A stretch of DNA of 64,000 nt from Candidatus Daviesbacteria bacterium RIFCSPHIGHO2_01_FULL_41_45 (lineage in GTDB: Bacteria > Patescibacteriota > Microgenomatia > Daviesbacterales > UBA10151), in the NCBI GenBank assembly GCA_001776975.1, contig MFCS01000025.1, positions 37,407-101,406 of the forward strand, written 5' to 3'. Below are positions 9,395 through 19,406 of this stretch, piece by piece (position 1 is the first letter of the stretch; each line of letters opens with the position of its first letter). The position numbers were made by a program, and so were the translations under genes. A model generated the notes under the pieces. The model searched no databases and was not told where the DNA came from. It saw nothing but the letters and a program-made list of their open reading frames with translations.

Positions 9395-9571
9395 TCTTTT
9401 TAGTGGATTCAGAATCCTGAGCTGTTCGTTAATTTCTCCGTTGAGTTATTTTCATTCTAGCTCCTTAAGTTTTATTCGGAGCAATCCTAATTTTAATTCT
9501 TATTGTTTCTTGTTTCACTAAATTATTCTTCTTGGTCTCGCTTTTTTGTGGGACAAGAAGACTTAAGTAAT

Positions 9572-10774
9572 ATGTACAAATATAATCGCAGTCGTAGCTA
9601 CGGATCTTCCCGACCAACTTCAGGTGGCCATTTTCAAGGCCAAAGAAGGAATAACTTCCGCATCAGGTCGCTACCTAACGATCCCAGCTTATTTATCCGA
9701 AAATCTATTCAGGGTCTAACTGCCTATGAACAGACTATCCAACACAGTTTTGCTGATTTTAACTTAACTCCAAGGCTTAAATCTAACATTACTAACAAGG
9801 GCTACACCACCCCCACCCCCATCCAAGACCAAGCTATCAACCCCATACTTGAAGGAAGAGACTTAATCGGCCTAGCCTCTACTGGAAGTGGTAAAACTGC
9901 AGCATTTTTAATTCCCTTAATTAACAATCTTTATCTCAATCAGCACCAAAAAACCTTGATTATCGTTCCTACCAGAGAACTAGCCTTACAAATCCGGGAT
10001 GAATTTAAGTGTTTTGCAGAAGGCATGAATCTTTACTCCTGCATTATTATTGGGGGGGCTAATATTAACCGACAGGTTCAAGAGATCAGAAGATCACCCC
10101 AGGTGGTAATCGCCACCCCTGGCAGACTTAAAGATTTAATTCAGCGTCACATTATTAATTTAAAAGATTACAGCAGTATTGTATTAGATGAGGTTGATTT
10201 AATGGTGGATATTGGCTTTATTAATGATATTAGATTTTTCATCTCTTTAATGCCCTCCTCCCGCCAATCATTATTTTTCTCAGCCACCATACCCTCAAAG
10301 GTTCAGGGAGTTTTACAATCATTTGTGCAAGACCCAATTACTATATCGGTCAAAAATCAGGACACCTCGGAAAACGTTGATCAAGACGTTGTTCGGGTCA
10401 CAAATCCGGCAGAAAAGGTTAGTAAACTACACGACCTGTTAGTACAAGAAGAGTTCAAAAAAGTGTTGATTTTTGGTCGGACTAAACACGGTGTTGAAAA
10501 ATTGTACCAGGAGTTAACTTTTAGAGGATTTAAGATCGGTGCTATTCATGGTAATAAATCACAAGGTCAACGTCAAAGGGCTTTGGACAGCTTTAAAAAT
10601 GATGAGATTCAAATTCTTTTGGCTACAGATGTAGCCTCGAGGGGGTTAGATATTGATAATGTCACTCATGTTATAAATTACGAGCTTCCAGAAACTTACG
10701 AAGACTATATCCATCGCATTGGCAGAACCGGACGGGCCGGTAAGATGGGTACAGCTTTGACATTTATCAGTTAA
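9572..10774 (+). CDS. DEAD-box RNA helicase
   Basis: Q motif, ASTGSGKT, PTRELA, DEVD, SAT, HRIGRTGRAG; likely start ATG 9572. Confidence 0.95.
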   Translation: MYKYNRSRSYGSSRPTSGGHFQGQRRNNFRIRSLPNDPSLFIRKSIQGLTAYEQTIQHSFADFNLTPRLKSNITNKGYTTPTPIQDQAINPILEGRDLIGLASTGSGKTAAFLIPLINNLYLNQHQKTLIIVPTRELALQIRDEFKCFAEGMNLYSCIIIGGANINRQVQEIRRSPQVVIATPGRLKDLIQRHIINLKDYSSIVLDEVDLMVDIGFINDIRFFISLMPSSRQSLFFSATIPSKVQGVLQSFVQDPITISVKNQDTSENVDQDVVRVTNPAEKVSKLHDLLVQEEFKKVLIFGRTKHGVEKLYQELTFRGFKIGAIHGNKSQGQRQRALDSFKNDEIQILLATDVASRGLDIDNVTHVINYELPETYEDYIHRIGRTGRAGKMGTALTFIS

Positions 10775-10796
10775 CTTTTACGAAAGGAGGAAAATC

Positions 10797-11081
10797 ATGA
10801 CAAAATTATTCGTTGGCGGACTTCCGTACTCCATTGATAGTCAAAAATTACAAGAGTTATTTGCCCAATTTGGACAAGTTATCTCAGCTAATGTAATTGT
10901 TGATAAATTTACTAACCAAAGCAAAGGTTTTGGTTTTGTAGAGATGGCTGATCAAGCGGCAGCTCAGGAAGCAATTAAAAGCTTAGATGGCTCGTCTTTA
11001 GAAGGCAGACGTCTGGGAGTTTCTATTGCTAAACCTAGAGAAGATAGGCCAAGAAACGACAACTATCGAGACCGAAGATAA
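10797..11081 (+). CDS. RRM RNA-binding protein
   Basis: RNP2 LFVGGL, RNP1 KGFGFVEM; SD AAGGAGG. Confidence 0.95.
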   Translation: MTKLFVGGLPYSIDSQKLQELFAQFGQVISANVIVDKFTNQSKGFGFVEMADQAAAQEAIKSLDGSSLEGRRLGVSIAKPREDRPRNDNYRDRR

Positions 11082-11136
11082 TTAATTAATTTTCGGTACT
11101 TTCAAAACTATCCAGGATTGGTTAATATCTATTATT

Positions 11137-11925
11137 ATGGATATACCAATTCTGGGTTTTGGAACTTGGCAACTAAAGGGCCAGGATTGTGTTGATTCAG
11201 CCTTACACGCCCTAAGGGTGGGCTACCGACATATTGATACTGCTGATAGCTATGGTAACCACCTTGAGGTAGCGCAGGCAATTAAATCCTCTGGAGTCAA
11301 ACGGGAAGATCTGTTTATTACTACCAAGGTTCCTCGTTCTCTTTTAGGGTACGACGATGTCCTATTGAGTTGTGATAGATATTTAGTTGAACTGGACATT
11401 CCGTATATTGACCTACTATTAATCCATTGGCCCAATAAAGATATCCCAATTGAAAAAACCTTAGAGGCTTTTGAGCGGTTAAAGCAACAGGAAAAGATAA
11501 AAGAGGTTGGTGTATCCAATTTTACTATCCATCATCTGGAAGATATTAAAAGCAAGAGCTTCAAGGTGGTAAATAATCAGATTGAGCTCCATCCCACTTT
11601 TAATCAGTTAGCTATTCAACAATACTGTGATCAAAATAATATTAAATTGACGGCTTATTCTCCGGTTGGCAGAGGAGTTGATTTAGAGCTAGATACCATA
11701 AGAGAGTTGGCGATGAAGCACGGTCGAACCCCCTCCCAGATTATCTTAAGATGGATCATGCAAAGAGGAATTATAGCCATCCCTAAATCCTCAAACCCCA
11801 AACATATCGAAGAGAATTTTAATACAGCTGATTTTGAGTTAACTGATGAAGAGGTAAAACTACTAAACAATATCCCCCAGGAAGAACGAATTGTAAACCC
11901 ACCCACCTCCGAATTTCATTACTAA
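11137..11925 (+). CDS. Aldo/keto reductase
   Basis: GFGTW, IDTADSY, LLIHWP, GVSNF, IPKS. Confidence 0.95.
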   Translation: MDIPILGFGTWQLKGQDCVDSALHALRVGYRHIDTADSYGNHLEVAQAIKSSGVKREDLFITTKVPRSLLGYDDVLLSCDRYLVELDIPYIDLLLIHWPNKDIPIEKTLEAFERLKQQEKIKEVGVSNFTIHHLEDIKSKSFKVVNNQIELHPTFNQLAIQQYCDQNNIKLTAYSPVGRGVDLELDTIRELAMKHGRTPSQIILRWIMQRGIIAIPKSSNPKHIEENFNTADFELTDEEVKLLNNIPQEERIVNPPTSEFHY

Positions 11926-11943
11926 AGCGTAGTTATGACTAGA

Positions 11944-11970
11944 GGTAGCACAAAGAACATTTGTGCTACC
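11944..11970. terminator. Hairpin between convergent genes (probable bidirectional terminator)
   Basis: GGTAGCACAAA-gaaca-TTTGTGCTACC, perfect 11-bp stem. Confidence 0.7.
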
Positions 11971-11986
11971 CAAGAAATAATTACAC

Positions 11987-12190
11987 TTACCCCTTACCTA
12001 AGGAGTTAGCCGCAACATATACTGCTGAGGCTCCAACAGCAACATAAACCAATGTTGTCAACATTGATCCATCACCAAGTATCATGGTCACCACATTTGT
12101 ATTGGCAACTCCTACTAGTCCCCAATTCAAACCTCCAACTATTAAAAGCCAATTTGCTAATGTACCTAAACTTTTCATCTGTCTCATCAC
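11987..12190 (-). CDS. DUF378 family small membrane protein
   Basis: LLIVGGLNWGLVG...VYVAVGASAVY. Confidence 0.9.
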   Translation of the reverse strand: MMRQMKSLGTLANWLLIVGGLNWGLVGVANTNVVTMILGDGSMLTTLVYVAVGASAVYVAANSLGKG

Positions 12191-12257
12191 CCCCTTTTGT
12201 TCATCATGACAAAGTATATTACAAATGTAAATATCACGATTTAGATGTTAATATAAT

Positions 12258-13313
12258 ATGGTGAGTCTATCCACTGATCCTGCCATTAAATCACAACTAG
12301 CTGAAGAAGGATTAAAGTATTTTTCTGATCAAAATGCAGGTTATTTCCGGCATAAAGTAGAAAATAAATTTATCTATTATGACCTGAGGGGCAGTAAAAT
12401 CTCTACTCCAAAAATTCTTAAAAGAATAGGTGGCCTGGCGATACCTCCAGCCTGGAGAAATGTTTGGGTATCACCTCTAGAGAACTCCCACCTTCAAGCC
12501 ACAGGAGTTGATGATAGAGATAGAAAACAGTATATCTATCATAAATCATGGACCAAAATCTGTCAGCAAAATAAATTCTCTAAAATGGTTGATTTTGGAC
12601 TATCTTTACCCAACCTCAGATCCAAAATTAAGTATGATTTGAGTGTTCCCAAATTAGATAAACGCAAGATTTTAGCAACCGTTGTCTGGCTTTTAGAAAA
12701 CACCTTTATTAGGGTTGGCAACGACGAATATTCCAAAGAAAACCATTCTTTTGGATTAACCACCCTCAGAAATAAACATGCCAATGTTGATGGTTCCAAG
12801 ATTATCTTTAGATTTATCGGTAAAAGCGGAGTAGCCCACTTAATTAAGGTTGGCCATCCCACCATCGCCAAAACTATCAGACGCTGTATTGAGCTTCCGG
12901 GTTATGAGTTGTTTCAATATATTGAAGAAGACGGCAGTAAACACACCGTTACATCTGAAGATGTAAATCATTTTTTAAAAGATGTCACTAAAGAAGATTT
13001 TACGGCCAAAGATTTTAGAACTTGGGGGGCTAGTGATATTTGCGCAGTTCACTTTTATGAAATAGGTCTCCCAGAAGATAAGCGGGGACTTCTGAAAAAT
13101 ATCCATGCTGCTGTAAAAAAAGTATCAACTCATTTAAACAATACCGCCAAGATTTGCAGAAATTATTACATTCACCCTACAGTGATTGAGACATATCAAA
13201 CAAATATCTTAGTGCCACATTTTAGTAAATTTAAAGCCTCAAAATATACTAAGAGTGGACTAAGTTGGCATGAGTATGCTTTAATTAGACTCTTGGAGAG
13301 ACATGCTGTCTAA
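12258..13313 (+). CDS. DNA topoisomerase IB (bacterial/poxvirus-like)
   Basis: IPPAW, RKQYIY, IRVGN, FIGKSG, KDFRTW, HLNNT..ICRNYYIHP catalytic Tyr. Confidence 0.93.
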   Translation: MVSLSTDPAIKSQLAEEGLKYFSDQNAGYFRHKVENKFIYYDLRGSKISTPKILKRIGGLAIPPAWRNVWVSPLENSHLQATGVDDRDRKQYIYHKSWTKICQQNKFSKMVDFGLSLPNLRSKIKYDLSVPKLDKRKILATVVWLLENTFIRVGNDEYSKENHSFGLTTLRNKHANVDGSKIIFRFIGKSGVAHLIKVGHPTIAKTIRRCIELPGYELFQYIEEDGSKHTVTSEDVNHFLKDVTKEDFTAKDFRTWGASDICAVHFYEIGLPEDKRGLLKNIHAAVKKVSTHLNNTAKICRNYYIHPTVIETYQTNILVPHFSKFKASKYTKSGLSWHEYALIRLLERHAV

Positions 13314-13716
13314 AAATATATCACTTTTTTATTTAGCCTGGATTATCTCAGTTGTTGCCACTGTTGGTAGCTTAGTGTTTAGCGAGATCCTTAAATTTCC
13401 TCCTTGTGTTTTGTGCTGGTACCAAAGAATTATACTTTATCCACTGGTATTAATTATCGCTGTCGGTATATTAAGGAAAGACAAGAATCTTCCCTATTAT
13501 GTATTACCATTATCAATCACTGGTATGGCTGTAGCTTCCTACCACAATCTATTGTATTACTCAATAATTCCAGAGAATATTGCTCCTTGTACTCTGGGCA
13601 TTTCTTGTATCAGTAAGTTTATCGAGTGGTTTGGTTTTGTTAGCATTCCGCTCTTATCGCTACTGTCATTTGCGGTCATTACCTTAATAATGATATTATC
13701 CAGAAAGTCAAAATGA
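13303..13716 (+). CDS. dsbB: Disulfide bond formation protein DsbB/BdbC
   Basis: PCVLCWYQR, four TM segments. Confidence 0.9.
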   Translation: MLSKNISLFYLAWIISVVATVGSLVFSEILKFPPCVLCWYQRIILYPLVLIIAVGILRKDKNLPYYVLPLSITGMAVASYHNLLYYSIIPENIAPCTLGISCISKFIEWFGFVSIPLLSLLSFAVITLIMILSRKSK

Positions 13717-14351
13717 GTACCGACGCTAAAATTCTTTCAGTCATAGGAATTGTCACCACATTAGTATTAGCAGGAGGGGTATTTTTATTAAACAGGTCAA
13801 TCACTACCCCCACAGCTACTATTACAACGGATAGCCCTAATTTGATCCGAAATGATAGCTATCAAACAGCCACTGGCTCAGCCAAGGTTAATTTAGTTGA
13901 GTTTGGAGACTACCAATGCCCAGCCTGTGCCAGTGCCCATCAGGTAGTAAAGTCTGTTATGACTCTTGATGTTAATTTTGTTTTTCGCCACTTCCCACTA
14001 CCCTTGCATAAAAATGCGGTTATCGCCTCCTTGGCTGCTGAAGCAGCTGGAGTCCAGGGAAAGTACTGGGAGATGCACAACTTCTTATATGAGGATCAAG
14101 CCAATTGGTCAGAGTCAAGCAACCCCAAAGAGGTTTTCTTGGGTTATGCCGGCAAGATCCAATTAGATATTGATAAGTTTAGCCAGGATATTGAAAGTCC
14201 ACAGCTTAAATCCAAGATAGAAAGAGATCGACTTGATGGAATCAGTTTGGGAATCAACGCCACCCCAACCTTTTTTATCAACGGCGAGAAACTAGCGGGG
14301 ATGCCTAACTTTACTCAGTTTAAAAACATGATTCAGGAAAAGTCCCGCTAA
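13713..14351 (+). CDS. dsbA: DsbA/BdbD-family thiol-disulfide oxidoreductase
   Basis: DYQCPAC, RHFPL, ATPTFFING. Confidence 0.9.
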   Translation: MSTDAKILSVIGIVTTLVLAGGVFLLNRSITTPTATITTDSPNLIRNDSYQTATGSAKVNLVEFGDYQCPACASAHQVVKSVMTLDVNFVFRHFPLPLHKNAVIASLAAEAAGVQGKYWEMHNFLYEDQANWSESSNPKEVFLGYAGKIQLDIDKFSQDIESPQLKSKIERDRLDGISLGINATPTFFINGEKLAGMPNFTQFKNMIQEKSR

Positions 14352-14354
14352 AAT

Positions 14355-14729
14355 ATGGAACCATCTAGGAAACCTGGCAGAATTCTTGCTTTTAAATACG
14401 CTTTTCGGGGTATCGTTTCGGCATTTATTGAAGAGCCGAACTTAAAATTTCATTTTTTTGTAGCTTTTGTAATTATACTGGCAGGGTGGTTTTTTCAGAT
14501 TAATAAACTAGAGTGGACCGCAATTATTACCATAATCGGGTTAGTCTTGACTGCAGAGCTCACCAATACCTCAATTGAGGCAGTAGTTGATTCCTTTACT
14601 AATAAGGAACATCCTGGAGCCAAATTAGCCAAAGATATCTCCGCTGGTGCTGTTTTAATTGTCTCAATAACCGCTACAACTGTTGGGATAATTATATTTT
14701 TACCCTATATTTTAGGATTACTCACTTAA
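14355..14729 (+). CDS. dgkA: Diacylglycerol/undecaprenol kinase
   Basis: ELTNTSIEAVVD, AKDISAGAV. Confidence 0.9.
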   Translation: MEPSRKPGRILAFKYAFRGIVSAFIEEPNLKFHFFVAFVIILAGWFFQINKLEWTAIITIIGLVLTAELTNTSIEAVVDSFTNKEHPGAKLAKDISAGAVLIVSITATTVGIIIFLPYILGLLT

Positions 14730-15989
14730 TATTTTTTCAAATTTAGCTGGGGATTTGAAGGGGCCAACTAGTTGCAGATTATACCGCTCAGATCTAAACA
14801 ACTCTTTGGCTATCTCTTGGATCTCCTCCAAACTTACCGCTTCTATCTGTTGTAAATATTCATCAAATGTCTCTATCTTTCTATCCAAAACAAACTCTAC
14901 TCCAAAATGGGTAGCTAAAAAATTGGTGGACTCAGACCTAAGGGCCAAGTGCCCCCGCTCCATCTCTTTGGCTTTTTGTAATTCCTCACTAGTTACCCCC
15001 TCTTTGGCTACTTTTTCTAACTCCTCTTTAATCACTCTAATTCCCTCCTCAATTTTTTCTAACTTTAATCCGGCATAAACAATAAATACCCCACTATCAA
15101 CATATGGGGCATATGCTGCCTTCACTCGGTAAGCTAAACCTCGCCTTTCTCTAATCTGTATAAATAATCTACTAGACATACCTTCCCCTAATATTGTAGA
15201 CAACAAACTGGCTGCGTATCTTTTTTTATTGTTTCTATCATAAGCCTCAACCCCAAAAACCAAACTAACCTGCTCGGTTTTTTTATAATGGATGCTGACT
15301 TTTGGTTTAGATTGTTTAACCTGTTTGTATGGTAAAAATTTAGAACGTCTGGCTTTGGGTAAATCTAGAAAATACTTTCGGGCAATATCTTCTATGTTTT
15401 TGGGGAGTTTACCAACATAAATTAAAGCCATGTTTTCCGGTGAGTAGAGGGAGTTTATATACTCCAAAAAGTCTTCCCTTTTCATACTTTTTATTGCTTT
15501 TTCTGTACCAATAACCTCCCAACCTAATGGTTGATCCCCAAACTGTAACATCTCATAAAGATCCAGAGAGTACCTGGCCGGATCATCCCTATACATTCTC
15601 ATCTCCTCTAAAATCACCCCTTTTTCTCTCTCTATTTCTTCAGCTACCATCAGTGGTTCTTTCAACATTGAGGACAAAATATCTGAGGCAGTTTCCAGGT
15701 GCTTTGCTGATGACTTAATCCAATAATAGGTAATCTCTTTGTCAGTAGCAGCGTTATTAATTGCTCCAATTGAATCAACTATCTTACTGATCTCCTCTGC
15801 TGTCGGATATTTTTTACTCCCTTTAAAAAACATGTGTTCCAAGAAATGAGAGATTCCATTTACCCTACGGGTTTCATATCTGGATCCAGCACCAACAGAG
15901 ATAAAAGTAGTTACCGAATCTAAATGTGGGAGGTCAACGGTGATCAAAGTCAGACCGTTCTTGAGTGTTTTAGTTTTATGATTAACCAT
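14718..15989 (-). CDS. M16 family zinc peptidase
   Basis: HFLEHMFFKG, GMSSRLF..IRE.RGLAY. Confidence 0.95.
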   Translation of the reverse strand: MVNHKTKTLKNGLTLITVDLPHLDSVTTFISVGAGSRYETRRVNGISHFLEHMFFKGSKKYPTAEEISKIVDSIGAINNAATDKEITYYWIKSSAKHLETASDILSSMLKEPLMVAEEIEREKGVILEEMRMYRDDPARYSLDLYEMLQFGDQPLGWEVIGTEKAIKSMKREDFLEYINSLYSPENMALIYVGKLPKNIEDIARKYFLDLPKARRSKFLPYKQVKQSKPKVSIHYKKTEQVSLVFGVEAYDRNNKKRYAASLLSTILGEGMSSRLFIQIRERRGLAYRVKAAYAPYVDSGVFIVYAGLKLEKIEEGIRVIKEELEKVAKEGVTSEELQKAKEMERGHLALRSESTNFLATHFGVEFVLDRKIETFDEYLQQIEAVSLEEIQEIAKELFRSERYNLQLVGPFKSPAKFEKILSE

Positions 15990-16026
15990 ACAAACTTTAG
16001 AAGTCTAACAGATCGGAGAAGATAAG

Positions 16027-17235
16027 TTAAGGTATTTCTTTTTTCGGAAAATATTTTTTTCCCATTAGTTTTTCTGGAAGGAGATCTTTTTCAGTATACA
16101 TCTCATATCCTTTTCCATAACTTAAATCTTGCATCAATTTTGTGGGAGCATTTCTGACCATTAAAGGAATCGGTAAATTCCCATATCTTTTAACATCTTC
16201 TACAGCAGAAAAATATCCATCATACGCTGACCTGTCTTTTTTGGCTGAGGCTAAATAAGCTACACCGTGCGCTAAGTTAATCTGACATTCGGGATAACCA
16301 ATGGTTTCACAAGCCCGAAAAACTTCATTGGCAACAACTAAGGCCGTCGGCTGAATCATACCAATATCCTCTGAGGCAAAGATCACCATCCTTCTGGCAA
16401 TAAATAAAGGATCCTCCCCGGCCTCCACCATCCGGGCTAAATAATATAAAGCTGCATCTATATTTGAAGCCCGCATCGATTTAATAAAAGCACTGATGGT
16501 ATCGTAATGCTCCTCACCTGCCTTATCATAAATTAAAGCCTTTTTCTGCAGTGCCTCTGCAACCACCTCCTGAGTGATGAGAGTTGCAGACGATGCAGCA
16601 ATCTCTAGGGTATTCAAAACCTTTCTGGCATCCCCATTTGCTCCTTCTGTTAAAAATTCAAGGGCCTTTTTGTCTATTTTAATTTTCTGATTTCCCAATC
16701 CTCTTTTTTTGTCCTTGATTGCTCTACTAATAATCCCCAGCAGATGATCTCTCTCAAGTTGCTTCATGACAAAAACTCTTGTCCTGGAGAGCAACGGGCC
16801 GATAATCTCAAATGAGGGATTCTCAGTAGTAGCCCCAATTAAAACTATGGTACCGTTTTCAACATAAGGCAAAAAAGCATCTTGTTGGGCTTTATTGAAC
16901 CTATGAATCTCATCTATAAAAATAATCGGTGCTTTAAAATTTGCAAATACGGTTGGATCATTTTTGGTGGATTTAATATCCTCAAACAATTTTTTTAATT
17001 CTATAATTGAGGTAGTTACAGCCGAAAACTCCTTAAATTCAGTTCCAGCCTCTATAGCTATCACTCTAGCTAGGGTAGTTTTGCCAACCCCTGGAGGACC
17101 CCATAAAATCATCGAGAATAATTGTTTGGATTTTATGGCTTGGTGCAACAATCTTCCCGGAGCTATGATGTGTTCTTGTCCAATAATTTCCGATAAAGTT
17201 GTTGGCCTCATCCGGTCAGCAAGTGGAGAGTTCAT
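16027..17235 (-). CDS. rarA: Replication-associated recombination protein A
   Basis: PLADRMRP, GPPGVGKTT, DEIHRFNKAQQD, SAFIKSMR. Confidence 0.95.
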   Translation of the reverse strand: MNSPLADRMRPTTLSEIIGQEHIIAPGRLLHQAIKSKQLFSMILWGPPGVGKTTLARVIAIEAGTEFKEFSAVTTSIIELKKLFEDIKSTKNDPTVFANFKAPIIFIDEIHRFNKAQQDAFLPYVENGTIVLIGATTENPSFEIIGPLLSRTRVFVMKQLERDHLLGIISRAIKDKKRGLGNQKIKIDKKALEFLTEGANGDARKVLNTLEIAASSATLITQEVVAEALQKKALIYDKAGEEHYDTISAFIKSMRASNIDAALYYLARMVEAGEDPLFIARRMVIFASEDIGMIQPTALVVANEVFRACETIGYPECQINLAHGVAYLASAKKDRSAYDGYFSAVEDVKRYGNLPIPLMVRNAPTKLMQDLSYGKGYEMYTEKDLLPEKLMGKKYFPKKEIP

Positions 17236-17237
17236 GA

Positions 17238-18584
17238 TCAGTTAATTTTGTTGACCTTTGATCCATCAAGTGTATCTAAAACCTCAAAGCCTAAATCTTT
17301 AATTTGTTTCCTAAGTTGATCTGATTTATGGTAATCACTATTCTTTCTAGCCTCTTCCCGTTGGCTAACTAACTCCATAACATTTTCTGGAACATCAATT
17401 TTTTTAGCAACAAACTCTGCTAACCCTAGTCCCAAAACCTGGTCCATCTTGAGCAGCGACCCTGCTTTAGCTGAGGTTGGATAATCAGACTTTACTAATT
17501 CCCATAGTATAGCCAGAGCCTGCGCTGTATTTAGATCATTATCTAAGGCTTCTGTGAATCTCTGCTCGTGCTCTGCACAACCAACTACCGGCTGATCCCA
17601 ATTTCTGATAGTCTCCCTTAAGTTATTCAAAGCGTTTTGAGCAGCAGTTAAACTCTCCCAGGTAAAATTTAATTTATCTCGGTAATGAGCTGTTAAAAAT
17701 AGATACCTTAAGGCTAAAGGATCAATCCCTTTATTCTCAATATCAACCAGGGTATAAAAATTACCCAGAGATTTACTCATCTTAGCCCCATCAACTAACA
17801 GATGTTCACCGTGCACCCAATACCTAACAAAGGATTTCCCACTTACTCCCTCACTTTGAGCTATCTCGTTTTCATGATGAGGAAATAATAAATCTACCCC
17901 ACCAGCATGGATATCAATTGTATCCCCCAAAAATTGTTGAGACATCACTGAACACTCGATATGCCAACCTGGCCTACCCTTACCCCAAGGTGAATCCCAA
18001 CCCACCTCACTACCTTTAACCATTTTCCACAAAGCAAAATCCTGAACGTCATCTTTACTATACTCATCAGACAAAATTCTGGTGCCACTTTTGATCTGCG
18101 ATTTATCTACTCCCGATAATTTTCCGTAATTTGCAAATTTTGAAACATCAAAATATACTGATCCGTCCGCTTCCTGATATGCCAGACCTTTTCCTAGCAA
18201 AACTTCAATAAACTTAATCATCTCACTAACATGTTCTGTAGCTTTTGGATAATTATTGGCGGGCAAAATATTTAATTTTGAGATATCATCAAAAAAAACT
18301 TTACTGAATTTTTCGCTTAACTCAGAAGGTGAAATCCCCATCTCGGCGGATCTTTTTATAATCTTGTCGTCTACATCCGTTAAATTTTCTATAAACTGGA
18401 CTTGAAAATTATTAAATTCTAAAACCCTTTTTAAAAGATCATACAAAACAAAACTTCTTAAGTTTCCAATATGGACATGGTCATATACAGTTGGTCCACA
18501 ACCATAAAATGTTACATTGGCAGGATTTAAAGGCTTAAACTCCTCAATGGTTTTAGTCAGAGAGTTAAAAATCCGCAAATTCAC
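17238..18584 (-). CDS. cysS: Cysteine--tRNA ligase
   Basis: CGPTVY, HIGN, GRPGWHIECS, KMSKS. Confidence 0.97.
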   Translation of the reverse strand: MNLRIFNSLTKTIEEFKPLNPANVTFYGCGPTVYDHVHIGNLRSFVLYDLLKRVLEFNNFQVQFIENLTDVDDKIIKRSAEMGISPSELSEKFSKVFFDDISKLNILPANNYPKATEHVSEMIKFIEVLLGKGLAYQEADGSVYFDVSKFANYGKLSGVDKSQIKSGTRILSDEYSKDDVQDFALWKMVKGSEVGWDSPWGKGRPGWHIECSVMSQQFLGDTIDIHAGGVDLLFPHHENEIAQSEGVSGKSFVRYWVHGEHLLVDGAKMSKSLGNFYTLVDIENKGIDPLALRYLFLTAHYRDKLNFTWESLTAAQNALNNLRETIRNWDQPVVGCAEHEQRFTEALDNDLNTAQALAILWELVKSDYPTSAKAGSLLKMDQVLGLGLAEFVAKKIDVPENVMELVSQREEARKNSDYHKSDQLRKQIKDLGFEVLDTLDGSKVNKIN

Positions 18585-18668
18585 ATCTCTAGTATACGAT
18601 AATTATTCTGATAGACAAGTGCGCCAAAAAATTTGAAGTAATCCAATTAGTCTGGTAGTATTCAGGCT

Positions 18669-19406
18669 ATGAGTACTCACGAATCAAGAGCTTCACTTTC
18701 AACTTTCACAACCACTCTCCATTGGATGCAAAAACCCAATGATCCAGAGATGCTTCAACTTTATCTTCGACCGATCCAAAAACAACCCTTATCATTGACT
18801 GTTATGGTTCGCCCACTAGATTCCGATCGAATAATCATTAACTTTCCTAGTGCTGGTGAGGATTGCGATGGACCTGGTGGTCGTTATAAACGGCTTGCAG
18901 ATTTGATGTATCAGCAAAAATTAGGTGCGGTTGTTAGATCGAACAACCCTGGATCTGAACTTTTCTTACCCTCAACCTATCTTTCTCGGCTCATAGATTA
19001 CACTATTCGTCGTGCCAGACTCATCTCAGGTACTACCAACCCCGATCTATTATTGATAGGCTATTCATCTGGTGCCAGTGCAGTTGCCGCCTTAGCTGCT
19101 TCTTATCAAAAAGTATCACGAATTTTACTTATTGCACCTTCAGGAGATATGCCCCAAACATCAGTTCAAAAAAGCCTGAGTCAGTTTACTGGTGAAGTTT
19201 ATACCATAATCGGAGAAGATGATGAAGTTGTAGGTGCTCGCGCAGGTTACATATATCACGACCTAGCCACAGCAGCCTCTCGTAAACAGCTAGTTATCGT
19301 CTCCGATTGTGGCCATTCATTCCAAGGTGAGCAAAACGAACGGGTTCTTCAACAAGCACCATTCCACGCATTTAACAGATCTGAACTAGTTCGTTGGGGC
19401 TACTAG
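18669..19406 (+). CDS. Alpha/beta-fold hydrolase
   Basis: GYSSG nucleophile elbow, GEDD, GHSF. Confidence 0.75.
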   Translation: MSTHESRASLSTFTTTLHWMQKPNDPEMLQLYLRPIQKQPLSLTVMVRPLDSDRIIINFPSAGEDCDGPGGRYKRLADLMYQQKLGAVVRSNNPGSELFLPSTYLSRLIDYTIRRARLISGTTNPDLLLIGYSSGASAVAALAASYQKVSRILLIAPSGDMPQTSVQKSLSQFTGEVYTIIGEDDEVVGARAGYIYHDLATAASRKQLVIVSDCGHSFQGEQNERVLQQAPFHAFNRSELVRWGY

